Source of the DNA: Rubrivivax sp.
GTDB lineage: Bacteria > Pseudomonadota > Gammaproteobacteria > Burkholderiales > Burkholderiaceae_C
Direction of reading: 5' to 3'
Assembly (NCBI GenBank): GCA_031431555.1
Contig: JANPDN010000206.1
Location: 15,558 to 79,557, forward strand
DNA: 64,000 bases
The notes beneath the pieces are model-generated. The model did not search any database. It was not told where the DNA came from and saw only the letters and a list, made by a program, of their open reading frames with translations. Positions 38,381 to 45,901 of the stretch are shown piece by piece (position 1 is the first letter of the stretch; every line of letters starts with the position of its first letter). The position numbers and the translations under genes are program-made.

Positions 38381-39880
38381 TCAGATCGAATCCAGCGGAT
38401 AGATCGGCCGCCGCACATGCTTGAAAGCCAGCGCCGCGTAGTCCGATGTGCACACGCCCGTGCCGGCACATTCGACCACCGCATGCGCCAGCGACTTCAA
38501 GCCCGCGCGCCAGTGGACGCGGCTCTTGAGCATCACGAAGCGCTGGCGTGCGGGGTCAATGCCGACGGCGGTGAAGGCTGCCATGTCGTGCGGCTCGACA
38601 TGGTTGCTGATGACCACGATCTGCACCCGGCCGGTATCGAGCACCGCGGTTGGGCCCATATCGTTGAACTCGCCCTTGGACATCGGCCCCAGGTTCTGGA
38701 AGCGGCCATCGCAGAGCAGGCGCACGCGGCCACAGACTTCGCGCGGCGCGCCTTTCAAGCCGATGGCGGGCATGTCAAGTTTGCCGCCGAGCGCCAGCGT
38801 GACCTGCGCGCCGACACCCGCGGCCTGCATCTGCCGCACCGCAGCGGGGTCGAAGATCGCAAACGCCGCGACACCGTCAAGGCCGGCGTCGAGGATCGCG
38901 CTGAGCACGGTCATGGTGTCCATCGTGCCGCCAGACGCACAGTTGTCGCTGTGGTCAAGCAGGATCACCGGGCCGCTGCCGGCGGGTTTGTTGGCGGCGA
39001 GCTGCTGCGCCCGCGCCATCGAATCGGCCAACGGCTCGATTTCATAAACAAACTTCGCGCGCTCTTCCCAGGCCAGCGCCAGCAATTCGTCGCACCAGCG
39101 GCGCGCCAGCGCTGCGTCGTTGTTGGTGACGACCACCGCTGACAGGCCGGCAAACTGGATATCGGCATTCGGGAAGCCGACAAAGACCGACGCGCTGAGC
39201 GCACCCTCGGCCTCCATCTGCCGGCAGCGTGCCTGAATCTCGCGGTTGGGCCTGTCGTCGGTGCCCTGGCGCATGACATGCGGCAGCATCGGCTGGCGGC
39301 CCCAGGCCATCGTCGGCTTCGCTTGCGCCTCAAGCATGGCCAGCACCGCGCGGCCGGCGCGCAGGCCGGTCTCGTACATGTCGACATGCGGGTAGGTCTG
39401 GTAGCCGGCGATGACGGTCGCGCGCTCGGCGCAGGCGTCGTAGAGGTTGGCGTGCATGTCGAGCGCGACGCCGATCGGCACCGTGGGTGCAATCGCGCGG
39501 ATGCGGCGCAGCAACTCGCCTTCGCCGTCGTCGTAGGTCTGCGTGACCATCGCGCCGTGCAGGTCGAGCAGCACCGCGTCGCAGCCCTGGGCCACCGCGT
39601 CGCAGATGCGTTGGCAGATGAAGTCGAAAGCCGCGTCGTGCACCGGCCCACTCGGCCAGGCGCTGGCGGCGACGGGAACAGTGAACTGCGCGCCGGCGGC
39701 CTCGGCCAGCTCGATGAAGGCGGCAATCGCCGAGCCGGTGCCGCGGTAGGCCGCCACCGCTGCGTCGCCTGAAGGCGGCTCACCGCCGGCTTGCGAGAAG
39801 CTCGCAAACCGCGCCAGCGGCGTCGGCACCGGCGAATACGTATTGGTCTCGTGTTTCATCTGCGCGATGATGAGTTTCAT
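38381..39880 (-). CDS. M81-family metallopeptidase (MlrC-like), paralogue 2
   Basis: ATG 39880: MKLIIAQMKHETNTYSP..LLDLHGAMV..DGEGELL..ALDMHANL. About 499 aa. Confidence 0.85.
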   Translation of the reverse strand: MKLIIAQMKHETNTYSPVPTPLARFASFSQAGGEPPSGDAAVAAYRGTGSAIAAFIELAEAAGAQFTVPVAASAWPSGPVHDAAFDFICQRICDAVAQGCDAVLLDLHGAMVTQTYDDGEGELLRRIRAIAPTVPIGVALDMHANLYDACAERATVIAGYQTYPHVDMYETGLRAGRAVLAMLEAQAKPTMAWGRQPMLPHVMRQGTDDRPNREIQARCRQMEAEGALSASVFVGFPNADIQFAGLSAVVVTNNDAALARRWCDELLALAWEERAKFVYEIEPLADSMARAQQLAANKPAGSGPVILLDHSDNCASGGTMDTMTVLSAILDAGLDGVAAFAIFDPAAVRQMQAAGVGAQVTLALGGKLDMPAIGLKGAPREVCGRVRLLCDGRFQNLGPMSKGEFNDMGPTAVLDTGRVQIVVISNHVEPHDMAAFTAVGIDPARQRFVMLKSRVHWRAGLKSLAHAVVECAGTGVCTSDYAALAFKHVRRPIYPLDSI

Positions 39881-40194
39881 GTCGCTCGTCCCGGTCGGTG
39901 CACCCTGCCCCGGCGCCATCGTAGACGCGGCCAGCGCAGGCGCCATTCGATCAATCCCGGGCCCGCCCCGCTGCGTCGTCATGCCCTTCACCCCGTGGGC
40001 TGCGCGCCCGCTGTTGCTCACCCTATGTGCGCTGGCGAACAGACTGATCGCCGCCGCCAACATAGATTGCGAATCCGCCGCAGGCCGGGCCCCGCCGTCA
40101 GGGTGTCGATGCCACTTCCCACGCTGAACCACCGTCGCGCGCTTTTACCCTGTCGCGATCGCTTCGCTGCGGCAGCGGCGATGGCGCTGCGACC

Positions 40195-41004
40195 ATGATG
40201 CGCAATCTGAAGGCAGTTTGCAGACGCGGCCTGATTGCCTGCGCAGCCCTGCTGGTGGTGGCGGCGGTGCTGGCCGTGCCGGCGGTCCTGTTGCCTGGCC
40301 CCGCGCAGGCGGGTGGCGGCGTCGCAGGCTCGGCGTGGCAAGCGGGGGACGACGACGCGGCACCGCCGCTCCGGGCCACCCGGCGTGCCGATTTCGGCGG
40401 CGCGCGGGCGTCGCCGGCAGCGCGCGAACTGGCGCACTGGGTTGCCGCGGCGGCAGACAACGGCGGCGCCGGCTTCGTCATCGTCGACAAGCGCGAAGCG
40501 GTATTGCACGTCTTCGACGCCGACGCCCGGCTCACCGCATCCACTGCGGTGTTGTTGGGTGCTGCACTCGGTAGCGACTCGGTGCCGGGGATCGGGCTGC
40601 GCCCGATGGCGTCGATCCAGCCCGCCGAGCGCACCACGCCCGCCGGGCGGTTTGTGGGCGAACGCGGCCGCAATGCAAACGGCGATGACATCGTCTGGGT
40701 CGACTACGACGCCGCGGTGTCGATGCACCGCGTGCGCCTGCACAACCCAACCGAGCAACGGGCGCAGCGCCTGGCGTCGCCAACGGCCGACGACAACCGG
40801 ATCTCCTACGGCTGCATCAACGTGCCGGCCGCGTTCTACGATCGACATATCCAGCCGGTGTTCGCGGCTCGACACGCGCTGGTGTATGTTCTGCCCGACG
40901 TGAAGTCGGCACAAGAGGTTTTTGGGTCGTTCGCAGTGAGTGCCCAGGCATTTGGACGCGTACCATCGACACCGCCCAATGAACCGAACGAAAGCGTCAA
41001 GTGA
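40195..41004 (+). CDS. L,D-transpeptidase (YkuD)-like exported protein
   Basis: 269 aa. N-terminal TM/signal ..LIACAALLVVAAVLAVPAVLL. C-terminal ..DNRISYGCINVP resembles the YkuD catalytic xxGC(I/V)(R/N) motif. Confidence 0.55.
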   Translation: MMRNLKAVCRRGLIACAALLVVAAVLAVPAVLLPGPAQAGGGVAGSAWQAGDDDAAPPLRATRRADFGGARASPAARELAHWVAAAADNGGAGFVIVDKREAVLHVFDADARLTASTAVLLGAALGSDSVPGIGLRPMASIQPAERTTPAGRFVGERGRNANGDDIVWVDYDAAVSMHRVRLHNPTEQRAQRLASPTADDNRISYGCINVPAAFYDRHIQPVFAARHALVYVLPDVKSAQEVFGSFAVSAQAFGRVPSTPPNEPNESVK

Positions 41005-41435
41005 GCAACGCGAACGCGCAGGGTGGTGGGATGGCAGACCCGTTGGCGCATCGGATCCGCAACGACGCTGACGTTGGCCAGATTGCCGACGCCCTTGTCG
41101 ACACGTGGCGATCGATCGATTCAAAGTTGGTCCCGCTCATCGGGCAAGGCGGCGTCGGGGCCCTGTTCAGGCGCAGCGCGCACCTCACCATGCACGCCCA
41201 CCCTTGGCTGGCCGCAGCGCAGGAAGGCACCGTTGGCGCCATCGACCTGGTCGCGCTGAAGGCGCTGATACTGCGCAAGAACGCCGCGCAGGCCAGGGCG
41301 GGCGGCACGGCGATGCTGCATTCGTTTTACGCGCTGCTTGCCGGCCTGGTGGGCGCGTCACTCACAGAGCAATTGCTGCGTTCCGTATGGCAACCATCTG
41401 CGGGCGCGCCGCCCGCGCAGGACAAACTTTCATGA
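41001..41435 (+). CDS. Hypothetical protein translationally coupled to the kaiC-like gene
   Basis: 144-aa ORF (GTG 41001, or ATG 41031 MADPLAHR). Strong GC3 bias. Its stop overlaps the kaiC-like ATG (ATGA). No motif recognised. Confidence 0.55.
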   Translation: MSNANAQGGGMADPLAHRIRNDADVGQIADALVDTWRSIDSKLVPLIGQGGVGALFRRSAHLTMHAHPWLAAAQEGTVGAIDLVALKALILRKNAAQARAGGTAMLHSFYALLAGLVGASLTEQLLRSVWQPSAGAPPAQDKLS

Positions 41436-42916
41436 GCGCCAAAGTCACGATCAACCGATTGGCCACCGGTGTGCCGGGCTTGGACATCATTCTCGGTGGC
41501 GGCTTGCCGGAGTTCAGTTTCAACCTCATCGCCGGGCAGCCGGGCAGCGGCAAGACGACGCTGGCGCACCAGATCATGTTTGCGCTGGCCACGCCAGCCC
41601 GCCCGGCGATCTATTTCACCGTTTTGGGCGAGCCGGCGCTGAAGATGCTGCGCTACCAGCAGCAGTTCGATTTTTTCGACAACGCCGTGATCAATCAGTC
41701 GGTGCGTTTTGTCAGCCTGTCCGAGGACGCTCAAACCGGTGACCTCGACCGCGTCTTGAGCCGCATCGTCGCCGACGTGCAAGCCCACAGCCCGGCGCTG
41801 GTATTTGTCGATTCGTTTCGCTCGGTGATGCTCGCCGGTGACGGCGGGGCCGGCGCGCCCGGCGCGGCCAACAAGCTGCAATGGTTTGTCCAGCAACTCG
41901 GCGTCCTGATGACGAGTTGGCAGGCCACGACCTTTCTGCTCGGCGAGTATTTCACCGAGAACGACCCCAGCCCGGTATTCACCGTCGCCGACGGCCTGAT
42001 CTGGCTGCGCCAGAGTGCGCAACGCAATTCGGTGGTGCGCAAGATCCAGATCATGAAACTGCGCGGCCAGGCCACGCTGCCGGGGCAGCACACCTTTCGC
42101 ATCTCGACTGCGGGTGTCCGGGTTTTTGCGCCTGCCGAAGCGGTGGCCCCGCCGCGGCCGGCGATCGACGCGCCGGCGACAGGCAAGCGCATGTCGATGG
42201 GCATACCAGAGCTCGACGCGATGCTCGGCGGTGGTCTCCTCCAAGGCTACTCGCTGCTCGTTGCCGGGCCATCGGGGTCGGGCAAGACGGTGCTCGCCTC
42301 GGCCTTCCTCGAGGAGGGTGCACGCCAAGGGGAAACCGGCGTCATTGCCGCCTTCGAGCAGCGGCCCAACCGGGTGCGCAGCCCGGCGCTGGTGGACCTG
42401 ATCACCAGCGGGAAAGTCGGCCTGATCGACGCTCGCGCGCCTGACTTGTCGATCGACGAGATCGTGCTGTTGCTGATCATCGAGATCGACCGCCTCGGCG
42501 CGACCCGCGTCGTCATCGATTCACTGTCGGGCTTCGAACTCAGCCTGGCGCCAACTTTCCGCGAAGACTTCCGCGAGTCGGTGTCGCGTCTGGTGCTCGC
42601 CCTTGCCGCCACCGGCGTGACTGTTGTGATGACCTCGGAACTCGAAGACCGCTACATCGACTTGCGATTCAGCCCCTATGGCACGGCCTTCATGACCGAT
42701 GCGATCATCTTGCAGCGCTACATCGAACTCGACAGCCGACTGCAGCGCGTGATGGCGGTGGTGAAAGCCCGGGCCAGCGCGCACTCCGATGAGCTGCGGC
42801 TGTACCACATCGATGGCGACGGCATTCACGTCGGTGAGACCTTGCCCGAACAGGAGGGCCTGCTCGGCGGCCGGCCCAGACTGCGCACGTCGCCGCCATT
42901 GCCGGGTGATGCGTGA
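41432..42916 (+). CDS. KaiC-like double-domain RecA-superfamily ATPase
   Basis: ATG 41432 (MSAKVTINRLATGVPGLDIILGGGLP). Walker A GQPGSGKTT and GPSGSGKTV; Walker B LVFVDSF and RVVIDSL. 494 aa. The N-terminal part of the 603-aa ORF was rejected. Confidence 0.85.
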   Translation: MSAKVTINRLATGVPGLDIILGGGLPEFSFNLIAGQPGSGKTTLAHQIMFALATPARPAIYFTVLGEPALKMLRYQQQFDFFDNAVINQSVRFVSLSEDAQTGDLDRVLSRIVADVQAHSPALVFVDSFRSVMLAGDGGAGAPGAANKLQWFVQQLGVLMTSWQATTFLLGEYFTENDPSPVFTVADGLIWLRQSAQRNSVVRKIQIMKLRGQATLPGQHTFRISTAGVRVFAPAEAVAPPRPAIDAPATGKRMSMGIPELDAMLGGGLLQGYSLLVAGPSGSGKTVLASAFLEEGARQGETGVIAAFEQRPNRVRSPALVDLITSGKVGLIDARAPDLSIDEIVLLLIIEIDRLGATRVVIDSLSGFELSLAPTFREDFRESVSRLVLALAATGVTVVMTSELEDRYIDLRFSPYGTAFMTDAIILQRYIELDSRLQRVMAVVKARASAHSDELRLYHIDGDGIHVGETLPEQEGLLGGRPRLRTSPPLPGDA

Positions 42917-42973
42917 ACCGGCCTGTGAGCGGGCCTGTGAGCGGGCCTGTGAACGGGCCCTTGAACAAGCCTT
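42914..42973 (+). repeat. 12-bp tandem repeat (5 units, TGA(A/G)CGGGCCTG-like) starting at the kaiC-like stop codon
   Basis: tgaaccggcctg tgagcgggcctg tgagcgggcctg tgaacgggccct tgaacaagcctt. Every unit carries a TGA in the kaiC reading frame. Confidence 0.9.
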
Positions 42974-42998
42974 CCGAGCCACGCCCCGTGAGAGCCGA

Positions 42999-44690
42999 GT
43001 GAGCGACACACCTGATCCCGACCGCGGTGCAGCGACGCAGGCTGCCCAGGAACTCGAACGCTTGAAGGGCGAGATCGGCGCCGCGCGCGCGGTCCTGGTC
43101 CGTTTGCTGCAAGACGTCGTCGACGCCGAGACGGCGCTGCGCTACCCGCCGCCGAGCGAACTCGTCGAGATCAACGAAAAACTGGTGGTGACGGCGCTGC
43201 GCGCGCAGGCCGAAACCGAAATGGCGAGGCGGGCGCTGAACGACGTTTCGCGCTCGGCCGAACTCGACAGCCTGACCCAGCTCCCGAACCGCCTGCTGAT
43301 GCTCGACCGCTTGGCGCAGGCGATCACGCAGGCACGGCGTCATCGCGCGCCGCTGGCGGTGATGTTTCTGGACCTCGACAACTTCAAGGACATCAACGAC
43401 ACGCTGGGCCATGCGGTCGGTGACGAGGTGCTCAAGCTGGTGGCCGGCCGGCTGGCGTCGACGATCCGCGCCGCCGATTCGGTGGGCCGGTATGGCGGCG
43501 ACGAGTTTTTGATTCTGCTCGTCGAGGTGACGCTGCCGGCGGACGCCACGCTGATCGCCGACAAATTGCTCGCCGCACTCAGCGCGCCAACGCTGGTCGG
43601 CGAGCATGTGCTGCGCTTGGCCGCCAGCATCGGCATCAGCATCTATCCTGACGACGGTACGGACCCGCAGACCCTCATCGCCGATGCCGACGCCGCGATG
43701 TACCACGCCAAGCGGCTGGGTCTGGGCCGGGCCACCTGGGGCGACCTGGTGGCATGGAAGGCGCTTGCGCTGCAGCAGCCTGACGGCAGCGCGGCGGCAG
43801 CTGCGTCAGCAGAGGCAGCGGCGGCAATGGCACCGACGCCGGTGGCAATGGCACCGACGCCGGTGGCGCGACTGACGCAAGCCCTGGCCGATCACGACCA
43901 ACGCCATGCCCTGCTTCGTGAAGCCAACGAAAAGCTGGTGCTGGCCGCGCTTGACGCCCAACATTTGCAGGCCGCCGCTGAAGCAGCGTTGCAACGCCAA
44001 TCGACGTTCCTGGCCATCGTCGCCGACGAGTTGAGCGACCCGCAGGCACCGATCCGCCTGGCCACGGCGATGCTCGGCCGCACGCTGACCGACGAGCCGC
44101 TGCTGCCGCGTGCGCAAGAGATCTTCGACCAGCGGGTGGCGCAGATCAGCCAGGTCGTCAACACCCTGCACGCCGTGTCACACGCCGGCGACTCTGCGAT
44201 GCCGGTGCAGCGCCTGCCGATCGACCTCGGTGCGGTCCTGAACGCCGCCGTCGTGAACTGCCGGCCGGACGTCGACATGCGCATGCAGCATCTCGAACTG
44301 CGGCTGCCGGCGCGGCCGGTGGTGCTGCAAGGCGACTTCGCCCGTCTCGTCCAGGCAGTGAGCAACCTGCTCGCCAACGCCAGCCAGTACACCAACCAGG
44401 GCGGGCGGATCGAACTGAGCGCTGAAGTGTCGGGCGATGCCGTGGTGCTGACCGTGGCTGACAACGGCATCGGCATCTCGGCCAGCGCGATGGCCACGAT
44501 CTTCGAGCCCTTTGTGCAGGACAGCCGCGCCGCCGGCTACAACGGCGTCGGACCCGGCATCGGCCTGACCGCGGTGCGCGCGGTGGTGCAAGCGCATGGC
44601 GGCACGGTGCTGGCAAGCAGCGACGGCCCGGGGCGCGGCAGCCGCTTCGTCGTCACCTTGCCGCTCGGCGCGGGCGCAGCGGCGGCTTGA
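42999..44690 (+). CDS. Hybrid diguanylate cyclase (GGDEF) / histidine-kinase-like protein with degenerate H-box
   Basis: GTG 42999 (uncertain). GGDEF domain with I-site RAAD-x5-GGDEF (RYGGDEFLIL). Then FLAIVADELSDPQ where HisKA normally has SHELRTP. HATPase N-box LLANASQYT, G1 DNGIGI, G2 GPGIGL. Confidence 0.85.
   Translation: MSDTPDPDRGAATQAAQELERLKGEIGAARAVLVRLLQDVVDAETALRYPPPSELVEINEKLVVTALRAQAETEMARRALNDVSRSAELDSLTQLPNRLLMLDRLAQAITQARRHRAPLAVMFLDLDNFKDINDTLGHAVGDEVLKLVAGRLASTIRAADSVGRYGGDEFLILLVEVTLPADATLIADKLLAALSAPTLVGEHVLRLAASIGISIYPDDGTDPQTLIADADAAMYHAKRLGLGRATWGDLVAWKALALQQPDGSAAAAASAEAAAAMAPTPVAMAPTPVARLTQALADHDQRHALLREANEKLVLAALDAQHLQAAAEAALQRQSTFLAIVADELSDPQAPIRLATAMLGRTLTDEPLLPRAQEIFDQRVAQISQVVNTLHAVSHAGDSAMPVQRLPIDLGAVLNAAVVNCRPDVDMRMQHLELRLPARPVVLQGDFARLVQAVSNLLANASQYTNQGGRIELSAEVSGDAVVLTVADNGIGISASAMATIFEPFVQDSRAAGYNGVGPGIGLTAVRAVVQAHGGTVLASSDGPGRGSRFVVTLPLGAGAAAA
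43824..43865 (+). repeat. Perfect 21-bp tandem duplication inside the GGDEF/HK gene
   Basis: gcaatggcaccgacgccggtg x2 encodes (A)MAPTPV twice in the inter-domain linker. Confidence 0.9.
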
Positions 44691-44848
44691 AGGCGTCTGG
44701 ACCAGCCTGACCGCCGCGCCGCTGCATCGACCCGCAGCGAGCGGCAGCCGGCGCCGGAGGATCCTGGTGCGCTCGTGAGGGCAATCCCCGGCCGTCAGGA
44801 CCTCGCGGCGGGGCCAAGATGCCGGCACTTGGAGCACCTGGAGGGCCC

Positions 44849-45829
44849 ATGCCGACAAAACGCCGTTGCACTGCCTTGTTCGCGCTGTGGGTGATTGGCG
44901 CGCTGCCGCTGCCGGCTTCGGCACAACCGGCCTGGCCCGACAAGCCGATCCGCATCGTGCTGCCCTACCCGCCCGGCGGGCCGAGCGATATCGTGATCCG
45001 CATCGCAGCCGAGAAGATGCAGGCCACGCTGAAGCAGCCGATCGTGATCGACAGCCGGCCCGGCGCCGGTGGCAACCCGGGCAGCGCCGAAGTCGCACGC
45101 GCTGCGCCCGACGGCTACACCTGGCTCTGGGGCACCGATACCCTCGTCACCGTGAACCCGCATGTCTACAAGTCGATGCCGTTCAAGGTGGACGACCTGA
45201 CGCCGGTGACGATCGGCACGCAGTTCAACCAGACCCTGGTCTGCAACCCGGCGGTGGGTGTCAAGACATTGGCCGAGCTGATCGGCAAGGCGCACAAAGA
45301 GAAGCTGAGTTATGCCTCGGGCGGCAACGGCGTGCCGGGCCACTTGTCGATGGAACTGCTGCTGGCCACCGCCGGTTTTGAGATGACCCACATCCCCTAC
45401 AAGGGCCCGGCACCGGCGGCGCAGGACGTCATCGGCAACCAGGTGCCCTGCGGCCTGCTCGCCGGGCCGACGGTATTGCCGCATGTGCGTGCCGGCAAAC
45501 TGGTGGCGCTGGCGGTGTCGGGAAGCACCCGTTCGCCGACGTTGCCCGAGGTGCCGACGATGGCCGAAGCGGGTGGGCATGAGTTGGCCCGCTACGAGGC
45601 CAATTTTTCGCTCGTGATGTATGCGCCGCGTGGCACGCCGGCGGCGATCGTGGCGCAATTCCGGCAGGCATTCGTCGATGCGCTGCGGATGCCTGACGTT
45701 TCAGCCAAGCTGCAGCAAAGCGACCAGGCTGTCGTCGGCAGCACGCCGGCCCAGGCCGCCGCGACGCTGGCCGCCGACTCGGCGAAATGGGGCGCGGTGG
45801 CGCGGCGCATCAAGCTCGGGCTGGATTGA
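44849..45829 (+). CDS. Bug-family (TctC-like) tripartite tricarboxylate transporter substrate-binding protein
   Basis: ATG 44849 with GGAGGG Shine-Dalgarno. Signal peptide ..ALWVIGALPLPASAQ, then PAWPDKPIRIVLPYPPGGPSD, typical of Bug proteins. Confidence 0.85.
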   Translation: MPTKRRCTALFALWVIGALPLPASAQPAWPDKPIRIVLPYPPGGPSDIVIRIAAEKMQATLKQPIVIDSRPGAGGNPGSAEVARAAPDGYTWLWGTDTLVTVNPHVYKSMPFKVDDLTPVTIGTQFNQTLVCNPAVGVKTLAELIGKAHKEKLSYASGGNGVPGHLSMELLLATAGFEMTHIPYKGPAPAAQDVIGNQVPCGLLAGPTVLPHVRAGKLVALAVSGSTRSPTLPEVPTMAEAGGHELARYEANFSLVMYAPRGTPAAIVAQFRQAFVDALRMPDVSAKLQQSDQAVVGSTPAQAAATLAADSAKWGAVARRIKLGLD

Positions 45830-45860
45830 GAATTCGTCCACCTCAGACCATCGAACAACT

Positions 45861-45896
45861 GCCCACGCCAACGCCAACGCCAGCGCCAACGCCAAC
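45861..45896 (+). repeat. Hexanucleotide tandem repeat (GCCAAC-like x6) 5 nt upstream of the amidase start codon
   Basis: gcccac gccaac gccaac gccagc gccaac gccaac, then ccatc ATG (45902). Confidence 0.9.
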
Positions 45897-45901
45897 CCAT
45901 C

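Noticed and set aside
41105-41431. N-terminal extension of the 603-aa ORF containing the KaiC-like gene
   Set aside because: The extension is Arg/Ala/Gly-rich with no KaiC homology. It overlaps the better-looking 144-aa ORF in another frame. The canonical KaiC N-terminus starts at ATG 41432, which overlaps that ORF's stop.
42914-42973. Selenocysteine or programmed read-through at the TGA array after the kaiC-like gene
   Set aside because: The units are direct repeats, not a SECIS-like hairpin after the UGA. Read-through would only reach the next in-frame TGA four codons later. No sel genes are present in the window.
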